A stretch of DNA of 64,000 nucleotides from Chitinophagales bacterium (GCA_025056305.1 JANWWJ010000041.1:302-64301); one strand, 5' to 3'. Numbered from the stretch's first letter, positions 53,804 through 64,000 are shown. Numbers and translations: made by a program. The notes: generated by a model not told the origin, from the letters alone.

Positions 53804-55909
53804 GTGCGAAGATTTTTTGGGGCACTCGCCTTGCTTGCCTGTCCGTCTTCCGTTTTTTGCCAACTTCCCGAACAGGACTGCATCAACGCCATTCCCGTTT
53901 GCCAAAGCACCTATTTCCAGGCCGTCTCCTATTACCAAGAAGGCCTTCTTCAGGAACTGGATTATCCCTCGAACACATCGTGTCTGGTTGGCGGTGAAGA
54001 AAACTCGGTATGGTACATTTTTACGGTCACTGCTTCGGGCACGCTGGAAATGCAAATCACTCCTGTATCCCCCTCCGATGATTACGATTGGGCCATCTAC
54101 GATCTGACCAACGCCGATTGCAGTGCCATCCTGAACGGCACCGCTCCAGAAGTTCGGTGTAATTACTCTGCCATTCCCGGATCTACGGGCATGTCTTTTC
54201 CCTACACCCTTATTTCCGTACCTGCTGGTGGACCCAATCAATGTGCTCCGATGAACGTTACAGCGGGCGAAACCTACGTGCTGCTCATCAACAACCACGC
54301 CAACACTTTATTAGGTTACACCCTCAACTTTTCGGGTACTGCCGTTATCTACGACACGGTCAAGCCTAAGCCGGTGATGTTGGATCCATTGACCTGCGAT
54401 CCGCCTGCTGTTCTGCACCTCACCTTAAATGAAAATATTCGCTGTACGTCGCTTAACCCTGACGGCAGCGACTTTTACATCACCGGCCCGGCCCCTGTCA
54501 CCATTTCGGGGGCCCATGCCCCTGCCTGCGACAATGGTTCTTTCTTCACCGAAGTGGACATCTTTCTGACCTCCCCCATCTCGTTCCACGGGGATTACGA
54601 GTTGCATTTTAAAAACGATAATTTGTTTTTGAACACGTTATTGGACAATTGCGGCAATGCCTTGGCCTTATCGGAATATGTTCCGTTCCATGTAGGCGTG
54701 CCTCGAGCAGAATTTTCCTACCAAATCATTAAAACGTGTTCTGGCGACTCTGTTTATTTCACTGACCTGAGCATCGGCGATTCCATCGTCTCTTGGCATT
54801 GGACCTTGGATGCCGGGCTTACGGCCTCAGGCCAAAACGTCAGTGCTTTTTATCCCAACACAGGCACCTACAGCATCTCACTCACCATTACCGACAGTAC
54901 GGGCTGCGCGGACGATACTACTGTGCTGATTCAGACACAAACCGTTATTCCGGAAGCATCCTTTACCATTTCTCCGCCGCCTTATTGCGTGGGCGATACC
55001 CTTTTTCTTACTGATGCTTCTTCCGGAATTCTTACCGCTTACACATGGAACCTGGGCGGAAGCAGTTCCTCGCAGCAAAATCCATTCTATGTGATTTCCT
55101 CTGACGCCCCCTTTTCCATCTGGCTTACGGTGACCGATTACATTGGATGTACCGATGACACCGTGGTAAACCTTGAACCCGTGGAGCTCCTCCAGGCCGA
55201 TTTCACCATCACCCCCCAGTACCTTTGCGTGGGAGAGCCTATCACCTTTTCAGATAATTCCTTAGGAAACCCCTCAGATTACCTCTGGGAAGGTCCGGGC
55301 ATCACGGGGCTTACCAACCCCATCGTCACCACCACCCTAGACCAGCCTGGAACGTATGAAGTTTTCTTATATATCTTCAACCATTTATGCCCCCCTGATA
55401 CAGCTCATCAAACCTTCACCGTTTACGATTACCCTACGGTAAACCTTGGCCCCGATACCGCCATCTGTATCGATGAAACGCTTTTGCTCAATGCCGGCAA
55501 TCCGGGGCTCTACCACCAATGGCACACCGGCGACACATCCCAGACCTATCTGGTGACGCAGGTGCCCCAACGGGTATGGGTGCTGGTGGACAACCATGGC
55601 TGCTCATCCTTCGACACCATCTTCGTCGACGCGGCCTGTCCTTTCTACATCCCGAATGCCTTCACTCCAAACAACGATGGAATCAATGACATATTCTATA
55701 TCATCACCGACGGCAACCAAGAATTCCAGTTCAAAATTTTTAACCGCTGGGGGCAATTGCTGTTTCAGACCAACGACCCCAACAGCGGTTGGGACGGCCG
55801 TTACCAGGGTGTTCCTCAGGAAATGGGCGTATATGTTTATTCGCTGGAAACCGTATTCTCCAACGGCAAACGAAAGGTGCGTACCGGAAATATTACCCTG
55901 ATCCGTTAA
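53804..55909 (+). CDS. Secreted PKD-repeat protein with a T9SS type B (gliding-motility-associated) C-terminal domain
   Basis: 701 aa. It has a signal peptide and an N-terminal Cys-containing module (CINAIPVCQSTY...DDYDWAIYDLT). About 3 PKD-like units follow. The C-terminus is NAFTPNNDGINDIFYI...FNRWGQLLFQTNDPNSGWDG. GTG start. Confidence 0.85.
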   Translation: MRRFFGALALLACPSSVFCQLPEQDCINAIPVCQSTYFQAVSYYQEGLLQELDYPSNTSCLVGGEENSVWYIFTVTASGTLEMQITPVSPSDDYDWAIYDLTNADCSAILNGTAPEVRCNYSAIPGSTGMSFPYTLISVPAGGPNQCAPMNVTAGETYVLLINNHANTLLGYTLNFSGTAVIYDTVKPKPVMLDPLTCDPPAVLHLTLNENIRCTSLNPDGSDFYITGPAPVTISGAHAPACDNGSFFTEVDIFLTSPISFHGDYELHFKNDNLFLNTLLDNCGNALALSEYVPFHVGVPRAEFSYQIIKTCSGDSVYFTDLSIGDSIVSWHWTLDAGLTASGQNVSAFYPNTGTYSISLTITDSTGCADDTTVLIQTQTVIPEASFTISPPPYCVGDTLFLTDASSGILTAYTWNLGGSSSSQQNPFYVISSDAPFSIWLTVTDYIGCTDDTVVNLEPVELLQADFTITPQYLCVGEPITFSDNSLGNPSDYLWEGPGITGLTNPIVTTTLDQPGTYEVFLYIFNHLCPPDTAHQTFTVYDYPTVNLGPDTAICIDETLLLNAGNPGLYHQWHTGDTSQTYLVTQVPQRVWVLVDNHGCSSFDTIFVDAACPFYIPNAFTPNNDGINDIFYIITDGNQEFQFKIFNRWGQLLFQTNDPNSGWDGRYQGVPQEMGVYVYSLETVFSNGKRKVRTGNITLIR

Positions 55910-55915
55910 GTCAGT

Positions 55916-57904
55916 TTAGCTCAGGTGTTCTTTTTCTGCCACCGTTTCCTGTGTCGTCACATTGGTACGCTCCAAGCGCAGCGGTCTTGGCGTGGAAACC
56001 AGCAAGGGCACCTTTTCTATCGTCACCATGCTGGGGTCTAATCCAAATTCCCGGCCTTCGCTTAAGGAAATTTTCTTAAGCAAGAAGTACAAATCCATGA
56101 TTAGTTTTTCCCAGAACGGCAAGTCGTTTTCATAGCTGAGAAATTTTTCCAGTACTACAAAGCGGAAATCGCCGGGCAAGTGCATTTTGTTGAGCGACTC
56201 GTAACGGCTGGTAATGTCCACCTCTCCCTTGGCTACCATTTCCTCAATAACCTTGCGCAGCATCATGTTTACACGGGGCTCAATGCGGAAACCCAGCCTC
56301 AGGTCAATGCGATACACCAGATTGGGCACCAAAATGGTGACCTCATATTGGCAGGTATAAGGCTCATCAACTACATCCACGTGCACGAACCAATAGGTGT
56401 CGGCACGTTTGGGCTGCCCACTGAAAATGGAATACTCAAACTTACTTTCTATTTGAGAGGGATAATTAGCACTGGTCATAAACACCAGGTGCGAGGCAAA
56501 CTTGGGCACGCTCTGATCTTCACTGAGCTCCACTAATCGGGGCAGCAGCTTGTCCATGGGGCCAAATTCCAGGAAGCGATTCTTGATTTTCCGCGCTTTG
56601 TACCAGATAAACTGAATCAAGCCAAAAATCATTGCCGTCAGAATAGCTACAAAGCCCCCGTGCGGAAACTTGGCCAGATTGGCAATCAGAAACATACCCT
56701 CGATGGCAAGAAAAGTCAGTCCAATACCCAGCATAATGGTATAGGAACCCCGGCGCACATAAGCGTAGGCACTAAGCAGGATCGTCGTAACAATCATGGT
56801 GATGTTTATGGCCAGCCCATAGGCGGCTTCCATACGCTCCGATTCCTGAAAGTAAAGCACCACGCCCGCACAGCCGACAAACAGAATTCCGTTGATCGAG
56901 GGAATAAACAACTGGCCTCGCTCTTCGGTAGGATGCAACACCCTGGCTTTGGGCCATAAGTTCAGCCGCATGGCCTCATTAACCAGGCTGAATGCCCCCG
57001 TAATCATCGCCTGCGACGCAATGACCGTGGCGGCCGTCGCAATCACAATACCGATGGGCACAAACCAACTGGGCATGATGCCATACAATGGATTGGTCAC
57101 GCCCAGGTCGTTGCGTCGATACCCTTCAAACTGCACCAGCCAGGCCGCTTGGCCGAAATAGTTCAGCAACAGGCACAACTTGACAAAGCTCCATGCAGCC
57201 CTGATGTTTTTCTTACCACAATGGCCCAGGTCAGAATACAGGGCATCAGCGCCGGTAGTACACAAAAAGACGGCCCCCAGCAACCAGAAACCTTGCGGAT
57301 ACAAGAGCAACAGTTCTAAGGCATAACGCGGATGAATTGCTTCAACGATTTGGGGAAATCTAACAATCTGGATGGCTCCGAGGATTGCCAGCATTACAAA
57401 CCATGCTGTGGTTATCGGTCCAAAAGAGCTGCCAACGATACGCGTACCGGCCCGCTGAAACAAGAACAACAGGGTGATGATAACCAACACAATTGGTACT
57501 GTGTTGATGTGCGGGGAAAGAATGTGCAACCCTTCTACCGCCGACGATACCGATATGGCCGGCGTCAGCATTCCATCACTCAGCAACGTTGACCCTCCGA
57601 TGATGGCCGGAATCACCAGCCAGCGAGCTCGCTTCCGCACCAAGGCATACAAGGCAAAAACGCCTCCCTCACCTTTGTTATCGGCCCGCAGGACCAGCAA
57701 CACATATTTAACGGTGGTGATCAGCGTTAACGTCCAAAACACACAGCTCACCCCCCCGTAGATGAGCTCTTTGCTGATGACGCGGTCGCCAATAATCGCC
57801 GACATCACATACAGCGGCGATGTTCCGATATCTCCGAATACAATGCCGATGGTCACGAGCACCATCGGCAACGACAATTTGTGGATAGACTTTTTGGTGC
57901 TCAC
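55916..57904 (-). CDS. kup: KUP/HAK/KT-family potassium transporter
   Basis: GIVFGDIGTSPLYV motif, 12-TM core and a cytoplasmic C-terminal domain. 662 aa. Confidence 0.92.
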   Translation of the reverse strand: MSTKKSIHKLSLPMVLVTIGIVFGDIGTSPLYVMSAIIGDRVISKELIYGGVSCVFWTLTLITTVKYVLLVLRADNKGEGGVFALYALVRKRARWLVIPAIIGGSTLLSDGMLTPAISVSSAVEGLHILSPHINTVPIVLVIITLLFLFQRAGTRIVGSSFGPITTAWFVMLAILGAIQIVRFPQIVEAIHPRYALELLLLYPQGFWLLGAVFLCTTGADALYSDLGHCGKKNIRAAWSFVKLCLLLNYFGQAAWLVQFEGYRRNDLGVTNPLYGIMPSWFVPIGIVIATAATVIASQAMITGAFSLVNEAMRLNLWPKARVLHPTEERGQLFIPSINGILFVGCAGVVLYFQESERMEAAYGLAINITMIVTTILLSAYAYVRRGSYTIMLGIGLTFLAIEGMFLIANLAKFPHGGFVAILTAMIFGLIQFIWYKARKIKNRFLEFGPMDKLLPRLVELSEDQSVPKFASHLVFMTSANYPSQIESKFEYSIFSGQPKRADTYWFVHVDVVDEPYTCQYEVTILVPNLVYRIDLRLGFRIEPRVNMMLRKVIEEMVAKGEVDITSRYESLNKMHLPGDFRFVVLEKFLSYENDLPFWEKLIMDLYFLLKKISLSEGREFGLDPSMVTIEKVPLLVSTPRPLRLERTNVTTQETVAEKEHLS

Positions 57905-57973
57905 AAATACCAGCTCTACTCCCTTCGCCTACCCTTCACAGCGCAATAGGCTGCTACAAAGGTACGGCAACCG

Positions 57974-58342
57974 CTACGCTTTGCCGTGCCATCTGCCGGC
58001 TTGCCCAAGCCAACGGGCAAAGCGATGTGCTGCCCCCATCAATTCTCGGCCACCTGCTTCATCCTGCGTCGCCCTTCGATACATGTTGGCCAGTTCCACC
58101 AAAACCTGAAAGACGAACATACCGAGCTCCTCAACCGTCATTTGCTTGGTCCATAAATTAAGGTGCATGCCGTCGTGACTGCTTTCATCCCACATACCCA
58201 GCACGACCGCTTTAGAGCGAAAGGTTGTGGGGCCCGCATCGTCGGCTTCCCAACAAATCTGTTCGGGAATCTGCTGCTCGTCAAGGGTTATGCGAATGCG
58301 GATCTCTTTAACGGTACCGACAGAAGAATTTTGTTTTTCCAT
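57974..58342 (-). CDS. gldC: Gliding motility protein GldC
   Basis: The ~120-aa sequence I.I.LDEQQIPEQI.WEADDAG.......KA..L..WD matches the GldC pattern as I recall it. Confidence 0.75.
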   Translation of the reverse strand: MEKQNSSVGTVKEIRIRITLDEQQIPEQICWEADDAGPTTFRSKAVVLGMWDESSHDGMHLNLWTKQMTVEELGMFVFQVLVELANMYRRATQDEAGGRELMGAAHRFARWLGQAGRWHGKA

Positions 58343-58699
58343 TTTTCGAACCTACTCTATAATCACCACATCGCAACCGCCGGCAGCTTTTTTTCATCGT
58401 CGCTGATGTTGCAGCCGTAGTGTTCCTAAAACGGGATCAAAATCGTATCCACAAAAAACCAACAGGCAGCGCAATTCACAACTTGCAGTGAAAAAACAAA
58501 CGGCTGCCTGTTTGCTTGATGATGTCAACCGGCATAGACTTGTTGAGCTGTTTTACCTGATCGCTAGCGTTCGGTAACGCATCGGTTTTCCTTACCCATA
58601 CCTGAGCGATTTGGCTTTGAGTCCTCCTCAGCAAGGGTGAGGGTACGTCTGCCTCTGAAGACGGGTTTAAAATGGTGAAATTTTTAAATGTAAAAAGAG

Positions 58700-59698
58700 A
58701 TGATTAAAGACAGCATAATCCAAGAGCCTTTATTGGAAGAAAACAAAGATCGTTTTGTGCTGCTTCCCATCCGCCATCCGGATGTGTGGGAAATGTATAA
58801 AAAACACGAAGCCAGTTTCTGGACAGCCGAGGAAATTGATCTGTTTCAAGACCTTAAGGACTGGGACAGCTTAAATAAAAACGAAAAACATTTCATTAAG
58901 CACGTATTGGCTTTTTTCGCCGCTAGCGATGGAATCGTCAACGAAAACTTAGCTACCAGCTTCCTGCAACAGGTGCAGATGCCGGAGGCCCGCTGCTTTT
59001 ATGGCTTCCAGATCATGATGGAAAACATACACAGCGAAACGTATGCATTGCTCATAGATACCTACGTAAAAGATCCCGAAGAAAAAGACCGACTGTTTCA
59101 TGCTATCGAAACCGTACCCTGCGTGAAAAAGAAGGCAGAATGGGCCCTGAGGTGGATCAAGCAGGGCACCTTTGTGGAACGCCTCATTGCCTTTGCTGCT
59201 GTGGAAGGCATCTTTTTCTCCGGCAGCTTTTGCTCCATCTTCTGGCTAAAAAAGCGTGGCCTGATGCCCGGCCTCAGTTTCTCCAATGAGCTCATCTCTC
59301 GCGATGAAGGCCTTCACTGCGAATTTGCCTGCTTGCTCTATACGCGCTACATCCGAAACAAGCTGTCCCAACAGCGCGTGTACGAAATCATTGGTGATGC
59401 CGTAGCCATCGAAAAAGAATTCATCACCGATGCCTTACCCGTTGACCTGATTGGCATGAATGCCCGCTTGATGAGTCAGTACATCGAATTTGTGGCCGAC
59501 CGATGGCTCACCGCCTTGGGTTATCCCAAACTCTATGGAGCAACCAACCCCTTTGACTTCATGGAAATGATTTCCCTGCCGGGCAAAACCAACTTTTTCG
59601 AAAAACGTGTCGGCGATTATCAAAAAACCGGAGTCCTGAAAAAAGAAGCCAAGCCCGAAATCATCAACGATGGCTTCTCCCTTGATGCAGAATTTTAA
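58700..59698 (+). CDS. nrdB: Class Ia ribonucleotide reductase, beta (R2) subunit
   Basis: Ferritin-like di-iron ligand regions: [27 protein letters not shown] and SRDEGLH. The acidic C-terminal tail is ...SLDAEF. Confidence 0.93.
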   Translation: MIKDSIIQEPLLEENKDRFVLLPIRHPDVWEMYKKHEASFWTAEEIDLFQDLKDWDSLNKNEKHFIKHVLAFFAASDGIVNENLATSFLQQVQMPEARCFYGFQIMMENIHSETYALLIDTYVKDPEEKDRLFHAIETVPCVKKKAEWALRWIKQGTFVERLIAFAAVEGIFFSGSFCSIFWLKKRGLMPGLSFSNELISRDEGLHCEFACLLYTRYIRNKLSQQRVYEIIGDAVAIEKEFITDALPVDLIGMNARLMSQYIEFVADRWLTALGYPKLYGATNPFDFMEMISLPGKTNFFEKRVGDYQKTGVLKKEAKPEIINDGFSLDAEF

Positions 59699-59727
59699 TT
59701 AAGTCAAGCTTTAAACTCACTCCTTCC

Positions 59728-62100
59728 ATGTTTGTCATTAAACGCGATGGACGCACCGAGCCGGTCAAGTTTGATAAGATCACGGCCCGCATCGAAAAGT
59801 TATGTTACGGCCTAAACATGGATTATGTGGAACCTGTTTTGGTCGCTAAGAAAGTCATCGAAGGCATCTACGATGGCGTAACCACTACCGAACTGGACAA
59901 CTTGGCTGCCGAAACCGCTGCCACCATGGCCGTGCGACATCCCGATTATGCCTTGTTGGCCTCACGCATAGCCGTCAGCAACCTGCACAAAAACACACGC
60001 AAGAGCTTTTCCCAAACAATGCGGATGCTTTATGAATACCGCAACCCCAAAACCGGTGAGCCAGCCCCCCTGATCGCTGATGAAGTGATGCAGGTCATCG
60101 ATCGCCACGCCGACCTACTCGACTCCACCATTATTTATGACCGTGACTACCATTTTGATTATTTCGGGTTCAAGACGCTAGAAAAATCCTATTTGCTCAA
60201 AATCAATGGGCGCGTTGTCGAGCGGCCCCAACATCTTTTTATGCGGGTGGCAATTGGCATCCACCTCGACGATGTAGATGCGGCCATTGAAACCTACCAT
60301 CTGATGAGTGAGCGCTGGTTCATCCATGCCACACCTACCCTCTTCAATGCCGGCACGCCAAAACCGCAAATGTCCTCATGTTTTTTGCTGACCATGCAGG
60401 AAGACAGCATTGCCGGCATTTATGAAACATTAAAAAAATGTGCATTGATATCGCAGGCGGCTGGCGGCATTGGGCTGAGCATTCACAACATCCGCGCCAC
60501 CGGCAGCTATATCCGCGGCACCAATGGTTCCAGCAATGGCATCGTTCCCATGCTGCGCGTGTTCAACGACACAGCCCGCTATGTGGACCAAGGAGGCGGC
60601 AAACGCAAAGGGTCGTTTGCCATCTATTTGGAACCTTGGCATGCCGACATCTTTGAGTTTCTTGACCTGAAGAAAAACCACGGAAAGGAAGAGTTGCGTG
60701 CCCGTGATCTGTTTTACGCCTTGTGGATCCCCGATTTGTTTATGCGCCGGGTAAAGGAAAATGCTCACTGGAGCCTGTTCTGTCCTAATGAAGCCCCGAA
60801 ACTAGCTGATGTCTGGGGCAAAGAGTTTGATCAACTGTATGAGCAATATGAGCAGGAGGGTCGAGCTCGTAAGCGCATTCGGGCACAGGAACTCTGGATG
60901 GCTATCGTGGAGGCACAAATTGAGACCGGCACGCCTTTTATGCTCTATAAGGATGCCTGTAATGCCAAATCAAACCAGCAAAACCTTGGCACCATTAAAG
61001 GCTCTAACCTGTGTACCGAAATTGTCGAATATACCGCCCCCGACGAGGTGGCTGTATGCAATTTAGCCTCGTTGGCCCTGCCCCGCTTCGTTAACAACGG
61101 CAGCTTTGACCATCAAAAGCTGTTTGAAGTTACCCGAGTGGTCACCCGCAACCTCAACCGCATCATTGACCGCAACTATTATCCCCTGGAAGAAGCTCGC
61201 CGCAGCAACCTGCGTCATCGGCCCATCGGCATCGGTGTTCAAGGCCTGGCCGACACGTTCATCCTGCTGCGCATGCCTTACGACAGCGAGGCCGCCCGCC
61301 AGCTAAACAAAGAAATATTTGAAACCATATACTTTGCCGCTTTAACCGAATCGGTAGCCGAGGCCCGGCGCTTTGGCCCCTATGAAACCTTCGCCGGATC
61401 CCCCGCATCTAAAGGCATCCTCCAATTCGACTTTTGGGGCGTTACTCCCACCAGCCGCTGGAACTGGGATCAGCTTCGACATGACATCCAAAGCTATGGC
61501 TTGCGGAACTCCCTGCTGGTGGCTCCTATGCCCACAGCCAGCACATCTCAAATATTAGGAAATAATGAATGTTTTGAGCCTTACACATCAAATATTTACG
61601 TCCGCAGAACGCTGTCCGGCGAATTCATTGTAGTCAACAAACATTTATTGCGCGATCTGGTAAAACGCGGCCTGTGGAATCAGGAACTCAAAGACCTGAT
61701 TATTGCCGCCAACGGATCCATCCAAAACATCGCTATCATCCCCGACGACTTAAAAGCATTGTACAAGACCGTTTGGGAATTAAAGCAGCGCACCCTTATC
61801 GACATGGCTGCCGACCGCGGAGCCTTCATCGATCAATCGCAGTCGATGAGCTTGTTTTTGGAAAATCCCACCGTTGCCAAGGTTACTTCCATGCATTTTT
61901 ATGCTTGGGAAAAAGGATTAAAAACCGGAATGTACTACCTGCGCACGAAAGCGGCAGCCGAAGCGGTAAAATTCACGGTCGATCATCAGCTGGTGCAAAA
62001 GGCAGCAGGCGTTGAGCAGGGAGCTCAAGCAGCTGCTTCCGTTGCCACAGGCAGCTGTACTCTTGACGAAAACGGAAACTGCTTGATGTGTGGGTCCTGA
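59728..62100 (+). CDS. nrdA: Class Ia ribonucleotide reductase, alpha (R1) subunit
   Basis: The N-terminal ATP-cone is [16 protein letters not shown]. The catalytic NLCTEI and the C-terminal redox pair CLMCGS are present. 790 aa. Confidence 0.94.
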   Translation: MFVIKRDGRTEPVKFDKITARIEKLCYGLNMDYVEPVLVAKKVIEGIYDGVTTTELDNLAAETAATMAVRHPDYALLASRIAVSNLHKNTRKSFSQTMRMLYEYRNPKTGEPAPLIADEVMQVIDRHADLLDSTIIYDRDYHFDYFGFKTLEKSYLLKINGRVVERPQHLFMRVAIGIHLDDVDAAIETYHLMSERWFIHATPTLFNAGTPKPQMSSCFLLTMQEDSIAGIYETLKKCALISQAAGGIGLSIHNIRATGSYIRGTNGSSNGIVPMLRVFNDTARYVDQGGGKRKGSFAIYLEPWHADIFEFLDLKKNHGKEELRARDLFYALWIPDLFMRRVKENAHWSLFCPNEAPKLADVWGKEFDQLYEQYEQEGRARKRIRAQELWMAIVEAQIETGTPFMLYKDACNAKSNQQNLGTIKGSNLCTEIVEYTAPDEVAVCNLASLALPRFVNNGSFDHQKLFEVTRVVTRNLNRIIDRNYYPLEEARRSNLRHRPIGIGVQGLADTFILLRMPYDSEAARQLNKEIFETIYFAALTESVAEARRFGPYETFAGSPASKGILQFDFWGVTPTSRWNWDQLRHDIQSYGLRNSLLVAPMPTASTSQILGNNECFEPYTSNIYVRRTLSGEFIVVNKHLLRDLVKRGLWNQELKDLIIAANGSIQNIAIIPDDLKALYKTVWELKQRTLIDMAADRGAFIDQSQSMSLFLENPTVAKVTSMHFYAWEKGLKTGMYYLRTKAAAEAVKFTVDHQLVQKAAGVEQGAQAAASVATGSCTLDENGNCLMCGS

Positions 62101-62107
62101 ATGCTGT

Positions 62108-62605
62108 TCAGGGCATTTCCGCATGTGTACGAACCAGCGCCGGGTCAATATATCGTGTTAACTCATTAAAGAAATTAGTAAAGTCACCTGTAGTACGATC
62201 GAGCACGCGGTCATGGCGGCCGTCGGCAAACCGCAGCACACAATAGTGATTGTCTTCGAAGTCAATAAGCTGAACCTCTTTTAACTGCGTCCACGGCAGC
62301 AATACCGAGCGTTCCAACCTTTGCCGGCGCACGGTGGCCATGAGTAATCCCCGATCACTGAGGTGAAAACGATGCGGTCGAAACAAAGCATGGTACAAGA
62401 TCACCGCCGAAATCACGGAGGGCAGCAGCAGAAACAACAGCCACGGTACCACCAGCAGGGCTGTGCCTGCTGTTAACGATGCGGTTTGCTTCGCCACCGG
62501 ATACCATAAACCAATGCCTATAATATTGGCCACCGATGCTATCAGCAGAAACACCAGAAACCACCACCGGGCTTTGGGATGATGGGCGCGAAATTCGAAA
62601 TACAC
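62108..62605 (-). CDS. Hypothetical membrane protein (2-3 TM plus a small soluble C-terminal domain)
   Basis: Hydrophobic segments WWFLVFLLIASVANIIGIGLW and GTALLVVPWLLFLLLPSVISAVILY. No family recognised. Confidence 0.45.
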   Translation of the reverse strand: MYFEFRAHHPKARWWFLVFLLIASVANIIGIGLWYPVAKQTASLTAGTALLVVPWLLFLLLPSVISAVILYHALFRPHRFHLSDRGLLMATVRRQRLERSVLLPWTQLKEVQLIDFEDNHYCVLRFADGRHDRVLDRTTGDFTNFFNELTRYIDPALVRTHAEMP

Positions 62606-62614
62606 GACCCGAAG

Positions 62615-62974
62615 TTACCGAGGGTTGCGCAAGCGCTCTTCTGCACGACGCGCCGAATCCATAATGTGCCGGATGCGCTGTTGGCTGGCCTGTGCGTCCA
62701 AATCAATGGCATTGACCGTGTCGTTCACCAGCACCACCAGTTCGTGGGGCCCGTACCACCATTCGTCAATTTTGGTTTGCGATCCGTATTCATCCAAACT
62801 GGTGCCTACATGAATAATGGTATCCGGAAAACCCACCGTCTGCAACACTTCAGTGTAGGTCATGCCGATACGCAGGGACTGCAAGGGGGAAGCAGCTTGC
62901 CGCATCGATTGTTGGCGGCAGGCAAGCCATACGAAAACACTGATGGCATAAAGAATTATAAATTTTTTCTCCAT
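62615..62974 (-). CDS. Hypothetical lipoprotein
   Basis: Lipoprotein-like signal MEKKFIILYAISVFVWLAC. 119 aa. Better coding character than the overlapping + strand ORF. Confidence 0.45.
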   Translation of the reverse strand: MEKKFIILYAISVFVWLACRQQSMRQAASPLQSLRIGMTYTEVLQTVGFPDTIIHVGTSLDEYGSQTKIDEWWYGPHELVVLVNDTVNAIDLDAQASQQRIRHIMDSARRAEERLRNPR

Positions 62975-62977
62975 AAA

Positions 62978-63988
62978 TCAGAAACGCGGGCAGGGTAAGT
63001 CCAACCGCAAGGGCTGATTCTTTTTCATGAGCCCAATGTGAACCAACGACAACTCCACGGCTCCGCGGCCTTTGCTGGCCGCCTTCAGCGCCGAGGTGTT
63101 GGCATCATAACTGAGCAGCAGCCTCCAGTGGCCCACTTCTATGCCTCCCATGGCAATCAAAGCATCGCTCAGGCGACCATACAGGCCCGCATATACACTG
63201 GCCACCGGTATCTGCTCTGAGGTGGGCAAAGCATAACGCAACATGCCTCCAAACAGCAATTCGCGCGCCTTTTTCTGCTCTTGGTAAAACACCGATGGCG
63301 ATATGGTTAAGACCTCCGCAATGTTGCAACTGAGGCCAGTGTAGGCTACCGACCGGCGACCGAGCCTGTTGTTCTGCTCGTAAAAAGACTCTCGAGGTCG
63401 CGTCAAGTGAAAAACGGCCAAGCCTGTGTAAGCTTCCAACCAGCCTCCTCCGCCATAGGTATAATTTATTCCAGCGGCGAAATCGGCATAACTGGTCTGA
63501 CCCGCTACAAAATTTTCGCCGCTGGGCAAATCGCGGTCAAAACCGGCATCGTTCCATTGATTATCCCAATAAAACTTGCTGAAGTCAACTTTTTTTTGAA
63601 CCCAAGCTGCCTGAACACCTAAGGTCAAGTCGTGTGCGCGCGACAGGCCGGGTAATAGATGCATGGCTGCCGACATACCTGTTTTAATTACCGTCAGGTT
63701 ACCATCACCAGCACGGTCAGCGAGCAGCAACGCACCCAAAGACACATATTGACCCGAAGTGCTGCTTCGCCATGGCGACAACTCACCATACAGATCAAAA
63801 GTTCGGTAGGGCACCGTAACACTAAACCATTGAGTGCGATAATTCAAGCCAAAGCGATAATCTCCCGCGAAGGCACCGCTGAGGGCTGGATTCACTACTT
63901 GTGGCGCAGCAAAGTATTGGGAAAAATGAATGTCCTGAGCCTTAGCGGCTACAGCAACCGTCATCAGTAGCGCTAAAATTCGCTGCAT
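62978..63988 (-). CDS. PorP/SprF-family type IX secretion system membrane protein
   Basis: Signal peptide plus the family-typical N-terminus AQDIHFSQYFAAPQVVNPALSG, and a ~330-aa beta-barrel-like body. Confidence 0.82.
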   Translation of the reverse strand: MQRILALLMTVAVAAKAQDIHFSQYFAAPQVVNPALSGAFAGDYRFGLNYRTQWFSVTVPYRTFDLYGELSPWRSSTSGQYVSLGALLLADRAGDGNLTVIKTGMSAAMHLLPGLSRAHDLTLGVQAAWVQKKVDFSKFYWDNQWNDAGFDRDLPSGENFVAGQTSYADFAAGINYTYGGGGWLEAYTGLAVFHLTRPRESFYEQNNRLGRRSVAYTGLSCNIAEVLTISPSVFYQEQKKARELLFGGMLRYALPTSEQIPVASVYAGLYGRLSDALIAMGGIEVGHWRLLLSYDANTSALKAASKGRGAVELSLVHIGLMKKNQPLRLDLPCPRF

Positions 63989-64000
63989 TCCAAGTAAAGA

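Noticed and set aside
58343-58699. Cobalamin riboswitch or NrdR boxes upstream of nrdBA
   Set aside because: No B12 box (GCCACTG-like core) and no pair of 16-bp NrdR-type palindromes (acaCwAtATaTwGtgt-like) could be found by eye. The structure is reported only as an unassigned leader.

Overview
This window is a chromosomal segment from a Bacteroidota bacterium. The evidence is a Bacteroidota-type 16S 5' end, a SusC/SusD pair, GldC, PorP/SprF, and cargo proteins with type A and type B T9SS C-terminal domains.

Contents: the first ~60 nt of a 16S rRNA gene (minus strand, running out of the window), one tRNA with anticodon CAU, and about 57 credible CDSs. I saw no CRISPR array, transposase, integrase or phage gene.

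Most of the window is ordinary core genome:
- nadK, thiL, apaG, metF, rsgA, dtd, feoAB.
- The conserved murI-skp-skp-bamA-uppS block.
- rnc-fabF-acpP, kup, gldC, nrdBA.

The part most worth a second look is 13.5-30.9 kb. It holds twelve tightly packed same-strand genes:
- An Lrp/AsnC regulator abuts a SusC/SusD outer-membrane import pair.
- The SusD stop codon overlaps (TGATG) the start of an aldehyde dehydrogenase.
- The rest encodes two GabT-like aminotransferases, a second semialdehyde-type dehydrogenase, a GNAT, an amidohydrolase, two unusual inner-membrane proteins and a periplasmic thioredoxin-like protein.
- No carbohydrate-active enzyme is recognisable.

I read this as a candidate non-glycan Sus-type utilization system for an amine- or amide-containing nutrient. 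That is inference and has not been demonstrated.

Secondary observations:
- A bacterial GGGP-synthase (archaeal-type ether-lipid) homolog.
- A 580-bp ORF-free spacer upstream of thiL.
- A perfect 8-1-8 Fur-family-like palindrome in front of an IsdG/ABM-like gene.
- A structured leader upstream of nrdBA.
- A CAU tRNA with tRNA-Ile2-like acceptor-stem determinants.
- Several large T9SS cargo genes.

Limits: all calls come from reading the ORF translations and the sequence by eye, with no searches or computations. CDS ends follow the supplied ORF track, and starts were adjusted by hand. Coordinates of non-CDS features may be off by 1-2 nt.
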